Source: the human T2T-CHM13v2.0 reference genome, Homo sapiens. Taken from it: 64,000 nt of DNA. The translations under genes and the position numbers were made by a program. The stretch's first letter is position 1. Every line of letters starts with the position of its first letter. The notes beneath the pieces were generated by a model, which ran no database searches, was not told the origin of the DNA, and worked only from the letters and a program-made list of their open reading frames with translations. Positions 1 through 12,780 of this stretch are shown piece after piece. Location of the stretch: NCBI RefSeq assembly GCF_009914755.1, contig NC_060925.1; one strand, 5' to 3'.

Positions 1-39
1 TCTTCTCTCAGTACCTTCTCCTTTTCAGGATCCTTTCCC

Positions 40-3000
40 CATCAACCTTTTAAAGTTGTAATGTTCCACCTACCAATTATAATCCCCAGGGAAACTATAA
101 AGAAAATAGCTAAAGAATGTAGTAAAAGAAATAAGTGGCAGGGCGCGGCGGCTCCCTCCTGTAATCCTAGCACTTTGGGAGGCCTAGGCGGGTGGATCAC
201 CTGAGATCGGGAGTTCGAGACCAGCATGACCAACATGGAGAAACCCCGTCTCTACTAAAAATACAAAATTAGCCGGGCGTGGTGATGGGTGCCTGTAATC
301 CCAGCTACTCAGGAAGCTGATGCAGGAGAATCGCTTGAACCTGGGAGGTGGAGGTTGTGGTGAGCCTAGATCAGCCTGGGCAACAAGAGTGAAACTCTGT
401 CTCAAAAAAATGAGATAGAGGAACAAAAAGATATAAGACATGTAGAAAAGAATAAAATGGCATAGGCAAGTCCTACCTTATCTGTAGTTTTATTAAATAT
501 AAAAAGATTAAACACCCTAATTCAAGGGAAAAAATTGGTGGGATAGATTAAAAAAACATGATATAACCAGCTGTCTGTAAGAGGCATGTTTTTGATTCAC
601 AGACAAAAATAGGCTGAAAGGAAAAGAATGAGCAAAGCTATACCATGCAAACTAATCTCTCAAAAGAAAGCTGAAGGGTCTACATTAGTTTCAGACAAAA
701 CAGACTTTATGGCAAAAATTGCTACTAGAGACAAAGATATTTTATAATGATAAAAGGGTTAATCCATCAAGAAAATAGAACAATTATAAATGCATGTGCA
801 CCTAACAACAGAGCCCAGAATCACAAAATAATATAACTGAAAGGGGAAAGAGACAATTTAACAGTAATTGTAGAATTCGATACCCCATTTTCTATAATGC
901 ATAGAACAACCAGAAAGAAGATCAAGAAAGAAATAGAAGACTTGAAAACATTGTGAAACAACTAGATCTAAAAGATACCTATAGAACATTCCATCCCAAA
1001 TCAGCAGAAAAGTCAATATCTCAAGGGCACATGGAATATTCTCCAGGCCACAAAGCAAGTCTTAATAAATTTAAAACGTTTTAAATCTTATAAAATGTAT
1101 TCTCTGTCTACAATTGAAATAAATAAACAGAAGGAAATTTGGGAAACTCACAAATTAATGAGAATTAAACAACATACTCTTAAATAGCCAATAGTTTAAA
1201 GACCTAATCACAAAGGGAATTAGAAAATACTTTGAATTGGACGGAAATGAAAACACAACATACCAGAACTTATAAGATGCAGCTAATGCAGTGTTTAGAG
1301 GGAATTTTCAGCTGTGAATGCCTATACTAAATAATAATAAGATCTAAAATCAATAACTTAAACCTCACCTGGAGAAGCTAGAAAAAGGAAAGCAAATAAA
1401 ACCCCAGGCCAGGAGAAGGAAGAAAATAATAAAGGGTAGAGCAGAAATAAATGAAATATGAAATAAAAAAATTTAGAAAATCAATGAGACTCAAAGTTTC
1501 TTCTTTGAAAATATCAACAATATTGACAAACTTTAAGCTAGACTGAGAAAAAATAGAGAAGACTCAAATTACTGAAATTTGGAATTAAAGAGAAAACATT
1601 GCTACTGGTCTTACAGGAATAAAAAAGATTCTAGGACAATATTGTGAAAAATTTATGCCAACAAATTCAATTGCCTAGATGAAATGGAAAAGTTCCTGGA
1701 AACACACAAACTACTGAAACTGGCTAAAGAAGAAATAAAACATCTCGGTAGATATATAACAAGTCAAGAGATTGAACTAGTAATAAAAACCTTCCTACAA
1801 AGAAAATGCCAGGCCCAGATAAGTTACTCATGAATTCTACCAAATGTTTAAAGAATAATTAATATCAGTTCTTCACAAACTGTTCCAAAATAAAAACATG
1901 AGGACACACTTTCGAATTTGTTCTATGAGACTGGTATCACTATAATACCAAAACATAACAAAGACTTCACAGACACACACAAGAAAACCACAGGCCAATG
2001 TCCCTTATAAGTATATAATAGATACAAAAATTCTCAAGAAAATACTAGCAAAGTGAATCTAGTAACATATACAGAGGGGTTATATACTATGATCAACTGG
2101 GATTTATCCCATGAAGGCTGGGTTGTTTCAATACATGACAATTCATCCAGGTAATAAAGGACAAAATCACACAATCATCTCAATAGTTGCAGAAAAATCC
2201 CATGATTATCTCAATAGTTGCAGAAAAAGCATTTGACAAAATCTAATACCAAAAGTACAAGCAACTAACATAAAATAAATTGAACTTCATCAAAATAAAA
2301 AACTTTAGTGCTTTAAACGAAACTACTAAGAAAGCAAAAAAGCAACCCACAGAATGAAAAATGTTTGCAAATAGTGTATTTGATAAAGGTATGATGAGAA
2401 TATGGAGAGAATATAAAGAACTTACAGTGCAGCAAAAAAAAAAACCCAATTAATAATGGGCAAATAATTCAATATGTATTTCTCCAAGGAAGATATACAA
2501 GCAGTGAACACATGAAAAGACACTCAACATCATTAGTCATTAGGGAAATGTAAATTTCTACAATGAGATACCACTTTACACCCACCACTATGGCAATTAT
2601 AAAAAACGCAGGGCAATAAGAAAAGTTGGTGAGTATGTAGAGAAATTGAAACCTTTGTTCATTGCTGGTGGTGCAAAATGGTGCAACTGCTTTGGAAACA
2701 TTGTTAGCTGCTATATGACCCACCAGTTCCACTCCTTGGTAAGTTTCCAAGAGAAAGAAAAACATATCTCGACATAAAAAACCTTGTGCATGAATGTTCA
2801 TGGGAGCATTATTCAGAATAGCCAAAAAGTGGAAACAACTCATATGACCATCAATTGTTGAGTGGCTAGACAAAATGTGGAATATCTGTGTAATAGAATA
2901 CTAACCAGCCATAAAAAGGAATGAAGTACATGTTGCAATATGGATGAACATTGGAAACACTACATGAAGTGAAAAGCACCAGACACAACTGACCACATAA

Positions 3001-3262
3001 TGTATGATTCCATTTATATGAAATGTCCAGAATGGGAAAATCCATAGAGATATAAAGTAGATGTGTGATTTTCAGGGGTTGGAGGAAGGGAATACTGGGA
3101 ATGACTGCTAATAGGTAAGAGGTTTCTTTTTGGAGTGGAAAAATGTTTTGGAATTAGGTCTTAGTGATTGTTGTACAACCTCATGAGTATACTAAAACCA
3201 CCAAATTGTATACCTTTAAAAGATGTATTTTATGGTATATAAATTATACCTCAATTTTAAAA
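40..3262 (+). mobile_element. Old L1 (L1MB-like): decayed ORF2 endonuclease and RT start, large internal deletion near 2245, then 3' end
   Basis: A-rich; GCAGAAAAAGCATTTGACAAAAT (AEKAFDKI); L1M-type 3' UTR ending ...AAATTATACCTCAATTTTAAAA. Confidence 0.85.
137..410 (+). mobile_element. Alu (AluSp-like) with a ~15 bp internal deletion in the right arm, inserted in L1
   Basis: Alu dimer with ACCAACATGGAGAAACCCC diagnostic; A tail; GCGCCACTGCACTCC missing. Confidence 0.9.
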
Positions 3263-3796
3263 GATTCTTATTTCAAAAGTCAGGGCTTGGGAGAAATTGT
3301 AGTCATTCTTGACTTTTACCATTCCACAACCAATCCATCAGGAAATCCTGCCAGCTATGCTTAGAAATATATCCAGAAACAGATCACTTTCACCAACTCC
3401 ATTGCTACATCCCCTGGTTTAAGCAACCATAATTTCTTCCTCAATTATTGTACTAGCCTCCTCACTGGACATTCTGCTTCCATACTTGCCTCCTACTCTA
3501 TTCTTAACACAGCAGCTGCAGTGATGATGCCATTCTTCCATGCAAAAATCTCTAATGTCATTCCACTTCACTGACAGTAAAAACCAAAGTTGCTATTATG
3601 GTCCATAGGCTCTAGAGCTATACAGTCCAACATAGTAGCCATTAGTCACATGTGGTTATTGAGGCATTGAAATGGAACCTCAGCAAATAAGGAATTTTGA
3701 AAGTGTATTTGGAAGAACTCATGTGTGTGTGAATCTACTTTTCCAAGTGCGAATTTTACTTAGTTTTTGATTTAGAAAGCTAAATACAGGTTGCAA

Positions 3797-4218
3797 TTGT
3801 TTACTAGGGATGCCATACAAAGTACCACAGACTGGCCAGCTTAAACAGAAATCCATTTTCTCATGATTCTAGAGGGTGAAAGTCTCAGATGAGGGTGTCA
3901 CTGCGTTGATATCTTCTGAGGTCTCTTTCTTTGGCTTGCAGATGGCTATCTTCTGCTGTCTTACACTGTCTTCCTTCTGTGTGTGTCTGTGCCCTGATCT
4001 CTCTTCTTATAAGGACGCCAGTCATTATAAGGACGCCAGTCATTTGGATTCTTCTTATAAGGACACCAGTCATTTGGATTAGGGTTTACCTATATGACCT
4101 CATTTTACCATATTCACCTTTTTAAGGGCCTTCTCTCCAAATATAATCACATTCTGAGGTCCTTGGAGTTAGAATTTCAACATATGAATTTTGAGGAAAT
4201 GAAATTTAGCCCATAATA
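3797..4218 (-). mobile_element. MLT1-family MaLR LTR
   Basis: GCCATACAAAGTACCACAGACTGG, CTTATAAGGACACCAGTCATTTGGATTAGGG, TTCAACATATGAATTTTG. Confidence 0.8.
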
Positions 4219-4346
4219 TGGGTTAAATATGTTTAATGAAAATTTAGCATCCAAATTGACATGGGCTGCAATCATAAATTATAAACCAGAATTTGAAGAT
4301 ATAGCGATGAGAAAAAGAATCTAAAATACCCCCCCACCCCACCCAC

Positions 4347-4458
4347 TTTTTGAGACGGGTATAGATCTTGCCATGTTGCCCAGGCTGGCCTCAAACTCCC
4401 GGGCTCAAGTGATTCTCCCGCCTTAGCCTCCCAGGTAGCTGGGACTACAGGTGCATGT
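4347..4458 (-). mobile_element. FLAM/Alu monomer
   Basis: TTGCCCAGGCTGGCCTCAAACTCCCGGGCTCAAG after a short T run. Confidence 0.75.
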
Positions 4459-4854
4459 AAAAAATCTTTTTGATAAAATTCTTTTATATTGATTACATGT
4501 TGAAAAAATAGTATTTTGGATATATTGACTAAATATATTATTAAATCTACTTTACCTGTTTCTTTTTTAAGTGTGGCTACTAGAAAGTTTAGAATCCTAT
4601 CTGTGGCTCACATTCTATTTCTATTGGCCAGCACTACTCTACAATGTAGCCTCACATTTTACCCAGCTAATCACATTTCCTGCTGCTCTATTCCAGTCTC
4701 TCTGTACCAGCTTCACTGGTGCGCCTAGAACTCTGAGGTCTTTGCACTTGCTGTTCTTTCTGTCTGGAACACTTCAGCTCCAGATGTCCCCGTGACTTGC
4801 TCCCCGCCTTCTTGGGACGTTATTCAAACATTGTGACACCTCTGATTGACTTTC

Positions 4855-4936
4855 ACACATATGTATATATATATGCATATATTTATACACACACATATGT
4901 ATATGTATATACACACACACACACATATATATATAT
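4855..4936. repeat. (TA)n/(CA)n compound microsatellite
   Basis: Seen directly. Confidence 0.9.
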
Positions 4937-5289
4937 TTACTGAAGCATAGTGAGGTCATAGGGAAGTGGAAAAGGGAAGGGGAGAAAGTCAGTTGGAGGT
5001 GTCACAACTGTGGGAGACCCTCTGAGAAACTAGGTAGAGCACATCTCAGAACTGTCTTGCTCAGGAGCAAGGAAGCTGGGGTATATCCATCACCTGCTTT
5101 CTCGAATTATTTGAGAATCACTCCTAGGGACAGTCATTCCATAACGTTTCCATAGAAAAACATTGAAGCTTGAGGTGAAATTCCATTGGCATAAATGAGA
5201 ACTACCCACAAAAGCTACAGGTGACCTGGGGTAGAGCTAACAGTCTCTGCTCTACTCCTTTGCCCCCAACACTCCCCATCCTCTGAGAC

Positions 5290-5658
5290 CAACCGAACTG
5301 TGTCCTCCAAAATTCACATGTTGAAATCCTAACTCCCAATGTGACTGTACTTGGAGACAAGATCTTTAAGGAGATCATTAAGGTTAAATGAAGTCCTAAG
5401 GTTGGAGCCCTGATCCAGTAGGATTCATGTCCTTATAAGAAGATACACCAGAACACTCGCTCTGTCCACCTGCACAGAGAAAGGCCACGTGAGCACACAG
5501 CAAGAAGGCAGTCGTCTGCAAGCCAGGAAGAGAGAAACAGAATTTGCTGGTACCTTCATCTTGTGCTTCCAGTCTCCAGAACAGTGAGAGAATACATTTC
5601 TGTTGCTTAAGCCACTGCTGTTTACGGTATTTTTTATGGCAGCTCTAGCAGACTAATC
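5290..5658 (+). mobile_element. MLT1A/B-like MaLR LTR
   Basis: TGTGTCCTCCAAAATTCACATGTTGAAATCCTAA ... TATGGCAGCTCTAGCAGACTAAT. Confidence 0.8.
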
Positions 5659-5920
5659 CGCTCTCTGTGTTTATTTATTTACCTTCTGAGGTTTACCACC
5701 ATCTCACATAGTATTTATTGTACTAGTTTATTTCATTTGTTTGTTTTCTTCATCCACTATTGTATAGAGTCTGTGAGGACAGATATTTTTGTCTCTTTTG
5801 TCGTCTGCTATTTCACCAGTGCATAGAAGAATGCCTGGAGTGTATTTGTTGAATGAACAAATGAATTCATGCCTGTAGCTTCCATTGTGGTCAGTATCTT
5901 ATTGATGTTATGAAATATTA

Positions 5921-6087
5921 AGGACCACCTACATAATTTGTGGGGGCCCGGTGCAAAATAAAAATGTGGGAGTTTCTTGATCAAAAACTTCAAGTGCTGA
6001 CAACAAAGTGTTAAATCACACATGGGACATTTCTAGCATAAGGCCCTCTGTGACTGTGCAGGTCACAAGCCCATGAAGTTGGCCATG
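5921..6087. mobile_element. MER91-like hAT element
   Basis: CTACATAATTTGTGGGGGCCCGGTGCAAAATAAAAATGTGGG. Confidence 0.5.
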
Positions 6088-6479
6088 TATGTGATCCCCA
6101 GGTATCTCTGGCTTGGGCCACTCCTTTGAATTTTAGTCCTACACATGCAGCTGCCAGTCTCTTTTGCCTGGATATCTGAAGGCATCTCTAGCTGATGCTC
6201 CAAATGGAGTTCCTGTTTTTGGCTCTCACCCAGTGTCTCTTCCTTAGCTGGGCAGCCACCACCTACCCAGTCAGGCTGTCCAGAGTTCTATACACCATCA
6301 TTATAACTTCCTCATCCACATGTTTGGTTCTGTCCATTTAATTCCTAAATATCTCTTGAGGATATATATTTTCCCAGCTCTACTAAAACCACCTGAGTTC
6401 AACTTATCCTAATTTCTCATCTGAACCATTCCTGATTTCCCCCCAAATCTTGTGTACCCCTTCACCATTTACACAATAG

Positions 6480-6857
<378 letters not shown>

Positions 6858-8841
6858 CCACCACTCTTATAATCGATGAAGATTCAAGCATGGCTTGCAG
6901 GGCCCTGTCTGATTAGGTCCTGCCGTCCTTCCCAGCTGCACCTGTGTTACCCATCCCCACCCATCTGTGCTTCAGCCACTCTGGTTCTTCATCATGGCCT
7001 GCTCCTCACCTTCACTTGGAAAGGCAGTTATTCTTTATACCATTTTACAGATAAGGACACTGAGCTTCAAAGTGACAAAAGGACTTACCCCAGGGCACAC
7101 AACCAGTAAGAGGCAGAGTGTGTTCTGGAATCTTTATTGAATGAATGAATGCTTGCATGCATGAATGAACAAGTGAATGGTACAGTAAACAAAGGCCCTA
7201 GGTCAGGAGTACTTAGGTGGCTCAGTGGAGATGCATTGAAGGACATGGTCACCTGTTAGGACCTGCCAGGGCTCTCTTCGGCAGTGTGTGCCTTACTATG
7301 TGTGAGGAGGTGCTGTCTTGCTTTCAGTGTGTAAATATCATGCCTTGATGGAGAAACTGCAGCAGAGAGGCCCCGCTGCCCCAGCACATCTGTCACAGCC
7401 CACACAACACCTCCAGAGTGAGAGCAACAAATTCAACGAACTGCCAAGTTGTCTGTACCACCTGGGTGCAAGCAGGAGTGAGTGTGAATGTGATAGTTTC
7501 TGTTCCTTTTCTTTTTATAGGTTGGGAGCTGGGAGAGGTGAATGATTTTCAAGGTGGCTATGAGCCTTTTGCTCTTTTATATTGCCAGGCAGAATCAGGG
7601 CTAGGATGTGACAGGCTGTTCCCCCAATCCCAGGCCGCCGGGATGAGGCTGGGGGACAGAGAGTTCCCAGCTCCTAGCTCACAGTCAGTGGGGTGGAGTG
7701 GGGGACCTTCTCTGATAGCCCACACTTCTGTCAGTGGGAAGTTTTGGATTTGTTCTAAGGGGCAGAAGCAGATATTCCTTCCTATGTGGGGCTATTGTGC
7801 AAAGTTTGGGGGCAAAGCCGGGTGGAGAAATGTGGGTATTTAGAATAATGGCTGCCTTTTCAAATGAAAACTCTTTAAACATTTGTTTCATATCTATGTA
7901 GAACTGGGGCTAAGACTGTAGTTACAAGGGGGATATGAGGAAGGTGCTGATGGCAGTGCTCTGCCTCTCTGTCCCTTGGGTCCCAGGCAGCCCACTCAAC
8001 ACAACAGAAATCCACAATCCTTAGGAGCTACTCAAAAGCCCCCTCCTAGAAGTTATCATCTATACTAGTAAAGCATGCCCTTTGCTGGGCTAACTCGAGA
8101 ACCCAGCAGGCCTCTCAACTAGTGTCGTGGTCTCCTGGGAAGAGTTTTGAAAAATACAAGGGCTCATAGTGAGGTGCCCTCAACCCACACATCTGAAGGA
8201 TTGCCATTAACTACCTGTTTGTAATGGCTGCTGAGGGCCTGGGGCAGCACAGGTGGTGGAGGAATGGACCGGAACCTGACTACTGTCCTTAGAGAGCTTG
8301 TGGCTCTGAAACATACCGGGCTGGCTTTTGCACACAGCCTGGTCTTCTTCACCATTCTTCCCCAGCAGAGTCGTCGTGGGGCTGGCCTCAGATGTGGAGG
8401 TTTTGTCCCACTCCTGCGTCCTCTGTTCCCTTCGGCTCCAACCCCACCCTTGTCCCCTTTCTGCTCTCAGGTGTCTATCAGCTGACCCTTGATAGCAGGT
8501 TGATGCTCTTATTTTGCCCAGAGCATTTCTTTAAGGCAATAAGTTGTTTTGGAGAACCAGGTGAGTGAAATTTCAGGCCATAACACTGTTATGAAGATAA
8601 TAAGGCTGCTTTTCAACACCTTTTAACTTCTACCAAGTTAACACATTCTCAAGTTGTAAGAACATCTGCTGTAAAGCATTTTTCTGCCCATTTTATAGTT
8701 TGCCCTTCACAATAGTCTGTGAAGTAGGAAGGACATTATTCTTAATCCCATTTTACAGATATACGGACACTAAGCTCCTGAGTGACAGAAGGACTTATCC
8801 TAGGGCACACTACCAGTAAGAGGCAGAAAGAGGTTGACTAC

Positions 8842-9213
8842 TGATATGGTGTGACTCTGTATCTGCACCCAAATCTTACCTTGAATTGTAATCCTCATCA
8901 TCCCCACGTGTAAAGGGCAGAACCAGGTGGAGGTAATTGGATCACGGGGGAGTCTCCCTCATGCTGTTTTTGTGATAGTGAGTGAGTTCTCACAAGATCG
9001 GATGGTTTTATGTCTAGCATTTCCTTTGCTTTCACTCACTCTGTCCTTCCGCCCTGTGAAGAAGGTGCTTGCTTCTCCTTTGCCTTCCATCATGATCGTA
9101 AGTTTCCTGAGGCCTCCCTAGCAATGCGGAACTGAGTCAATTAAACCTGTTTCCTTTATAAATTACCCAGTCTCAGGTATTTCCTCATAGCAGTGTGAGA
9201 ACAAACTTATGCA
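8842..9213 (+). mobile_element. THE1/MST MaLR solo LTR inserted at a MIR
   Basis: TG...CA termini; 5 bp TSD ACTAC/ACTAT; CAATTAAACCTGTTTCCTTTATAAATTACCCAGTCTCAGG. Confidence 0.88.
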
Positions 9214-10928
9214 ACTATATAGGTCTTTTGATGTCAAATACAATGTTCTTTCCTCTGCTCCTCAGATAATCTTAATATTTGCTCTTCTTGAATATTTTAT
9301 GGATCTGTCCTAAATTTTACAGTACTAAAAGCTGTTAATTGAGTTTCTTTCATAGACGGAAGATACGGTTGATTCAATTCAGTTTACATCAATTCTATAC
9401 TGAGTCCAAAGAGAGTTCTGGGCTAAATACTGGAAATAGAAATGGAAAGCCAAGGCTCTTCCCTTAAAGAGTTCACAGATGATGGGAATTCTCTTCTCAC
9501 CGGTGCTTTCCCAATTGCTTCCCAATCCTCTCCAGCCCTTTGGAAAGAAAATAAACCCTTTACTCCGCCAAGCTGGAGGTCTTTCCTCCTCAGGGTGTTT
9601 TTGTCTTGGAAGAGAAATAAATGGTTCTGCAAATCTGGTAGTGGGTTGCAGCCAGGCTCTAATAGGAGAGACCTGTTTGGGGATGCTTCACTGGCTCTCG
9701 ATCTGAAAGAAGACCCTGTGATAAACAGGATCATGACGGAGAGCAGCATACCTCCTTTAGCACCAAGAGGTGAACTTCGAATTGTCCTTCTTTGCTGTGA
9801 GCTCTGTGGTAAGGTCCACCCTTGCAGGAAGGGACTTTATCAGCGTTTCTTGAGAGACTGAACTGATCTGTCTGTCTGGCCAAGAGAAGTAGACGTGAGG
9901 ACCATTGATGCCAGTCACATTCACATGTTGACCCGATCCCAGGTGACCTTCACAACTAACATGCCATTACAGAGACCTACTGTGGTGACTACATTTGTTT
10001 AAAACAAAACTGGACCATGTAGCCCAACAGTCATGGCCAGGACAATTGGAAAGAAAAATCAGCATTGAAACATCTCTGAAAAAGCTAGAGGTGAACATCT
10101 GCCCCCACCCTCCCCTGCCCCTAGTCTCTTCCTTTCTGTGTACTGGATTTCTTATCTGGGAGGATGAATTGGGTAAAGAGGTTTAGCTGAGGGTGTTTTC
10201 CTCTGCCACAAGCTGAGACTACAGCTGGTTAGCCCTTTGCTTTCCCTAACATCATGGAACACTCCCTTAGGCATGCGACTTAGATATTCACATTCTCCTG
10301 GGGAGCTTGGGTGGTGATACTGCCCTTCCTTGCTCTGTTGACTGCAATCCTGGACCTGAATATCATTCTTAGGTAGAATTGTGGCACAAAATCTTCTCTT
10401 CCTTCTATCTTTAGTGCCTAATTACCCTGTATTTCTTTCTTCTTAAGAAACCTTTAGGACATATGAGATTGTGAGGTATTTGGGGATCTTAAACAATCGA
10501 TACCATTTATTATTGTCCATCAGGTGAAGCAAGAGAGCCAAAGGTCTAATTTACAAGTGACTCTTGGTTTGAAATCTAAATGATTCCTAGGGAGCCATGA
10601 CAAACTGAACCATTGTAAGACAAACTCTCATTTTCTGTAAGTGTCATTTTATCAATTCCACTTTCTACCTTGGAATCTAATCTCATACCACAAAAATACC
10701 CAGAGTAATTCCGACAAAATGAAACTAAAATAAAACACAGATATAAGCTTTTCAAACATTTATAAACTATATAAAGACAAATTCAATAGAAAAGCTATAA
10801 CAATGTTCCATTTGGGCGATCCTTTTGTCTTTTGGGCTGAAATGAACCAGCCTGAAGCTTTTTGAAATTTGCTTCCATGAAGTCTGGATTGAAGTTATCT
10901 CTTCTTTCTGTGATAAATCTCCCTGTAA

Positions 10929-11123
10929 CAGTGGCTCTCAACTGAGGGTGATTTTTTTTCCCCCAGAGGACATTTGGCAATGTCTGGAGACATTTTTGGT
11001 TGTTACAACATGGTGGGAGGCGGGGGTCCTACTGGAATTTAGTGGGTAAAAGCACAGGGCAGGTCCCTAAAACAAAGAATTATCTGACCAAAATGTCAAT
11101 AGTACTGCTGTATTGAAACACTG
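10929..11123 (+). mobile_element. MER20 (hAT-Charlie)
   Basis: CAGTGGCTCTCAAC ... GGACATTTGGCAATGTCTGGAGACATTTTTGGTTG ... TTGAAACACTG. Confidence 0.85.
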
Positions 11124-12236
11124 CTTTGTAGCGTGGACATTTCAAACCGAGTTAACATTAGGTCATTTCGTTGAAAGATAAAACCAGATTTATGTGAATA
11201 TGTCTCAATTTCTTTAAATGGTACTGGTTGGGGGTTGGGGAGGATAGGAGGGCAGGCCGTTCCACATTGACTTCTTTAATCATCTCTTGCTTTTCCAAGT
11301 CAATAAATCAACTGGGTTACCTTTAATTGCAACCCAGGTTGTTATTGTTGTTGCCAATCGTTTCAGTGTAGCTTTGGTTGTAAATACAAGCTTTGGTTAT
11401 TACTTTGTGGTTTTTATTTGTGGGGGGAGAAATCATAAACAGTGAGTGGGCTCACAAATCAAGCCAGGTATTACCGGCATGCAGGCATAATATATGCGTT
11501 CCTCAGTTTTCATTGTTTATCTTGGATCTTTAAATTTCCTGTACAGCTAGCATACTGAATTTTCATAATTGCTACTGCATTTCTTATAATTTACACATAT
11601 TTGCCAGAAACCTCTGAAGAGCTTGTTGTTTGTCATGAAGAGCACAGCTGTGAATGAATGCCTAGCAGTGATCTCTGATGATAGCAATTTTTATTTAAAG
11701 CATTAAAGGGCATCAACATCTAAAAGTTGATCCATACCTTCCACTGGCCCCTGGCCCCTGCCCCCGGGGAAAATTCTACAGTAATCAGTTTCTTTTTAGA
11801 AGGTTCTGTCAACTTTTTGGATTCAAGAGCCTCCTTAATTGCCACTTTTCTTAGTGTTAGAAGTGTTTGAAATGTGTCTGAGTTTTAAAAAAATATTGTC
11901 AGTGTTGAAATGACAACGCTCATCTAATTAACTGAGTTTTTTCACTGTATATCTCTTTCCATTTTCTCATGAACACATAAACATAAGTTTGGAAATTTTA
12001 CTTTATTCTATTTTAAAAACTTTGAAGCAAGGAGCCTTACATATGTGTGAAATATCTGAATAAGAGAGTAGGGAGTTTGGTAAAAACTGGTGGAAAAGGA
12101 AAGAGTCAAAAAGAGAATAAATGTCTGGCCGTCGGGCCATGGATTGCTGAATCTCTTTCTAGAGAATGACTTCCCCACCAGCAGGAACGTCTCTGGGAAA
12201 GGAACCACATCTGGTTTGTTTACTGCCTTGCAACTG

Positions 12237-12655
12237 TGTGATGGTTTATTTTATGTGTCAACTTGACTGCACCACAGGGTGCCCCGATTAAACATTATTT
12301 CTGGGTGTGTCTGCAAAGGTGTTTTTGGATGAGATTGGCATTTGAATTGGAGCACTGAGTAAAGTAGATTGCTCTGCCTAATGTGAGTGGGCATCGTCCA
12401 ATCCATTGAGGACCTGAATAGAACAAAAAGGCTGAGGATAGAGGAATTTGCCTTTTGTTTTCTTTCTGCCCACCTATTAAGCTGAAATGTTGTCCTTCTT
12501 TAATGATTTGAGTGGGATTTACAACAGTGGCTTTTCTAATTCTCAGGCCTTTGGAATTGGACTGAATTGTACGACCAGGTGTCTTGAGTCTGTGGCTTGC
12601 AGACAGCAGACTGTGGGACTTCTTAGTCTCCATAATCACATAAGTCATTTCCTCA

Positions 12656-12724
<69 letters not shown>

Positions 12725-12780
12725 AACATAATGTAAATCCCCTATTGGTTCTGTTTCTCTGGAGAATCCTGACTGATACA
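12237..12780 (+). mobile_element. MLT2 (ERVL) LTR with internal (TC)n(CA)n at 12660-12722
   Basis: TGTGATGGTTTATTTTATGTGTCAACTTGAC ... CTGGAGAATCCTGACTGATACA. Confidence 0.85.

Larger units (their letters stand above)
3620..4637. mobile_element. MER33/MER3-like hAT-Charlie DNA transposon split by MLT1 and FLAM insertions
   Basis: Ends GTCCAACATAGTAGCCATTAGTCACATGTGG and GTGGCTCACATTCTATTTCTATTGGCCAGCACT. Confidence 0.65.
3320..5870 (+). mobile_element. Fragmented L2 interrupted by nested younger elements
   Basis: L2-like pyrimidine-rich segments at ~3320-3610, ~4660-4850 and ~5680-5870, the last ending TGTTGAATGAACAAATGAAT. Confidence 0.65.

Noticed and set aside
4004-4080. Short direct repeats with spacers, superficially CRISPR-like
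   Set aside because: Local tandem duplication inside an MLT1 LTR in a mammalian genome; no unique spacers and no cas genes.
9442-9861. 139 aa ATG ORF in apparently unique sequence
   Set aside because: No recognisable domain or splice context; length is compatible with chance.
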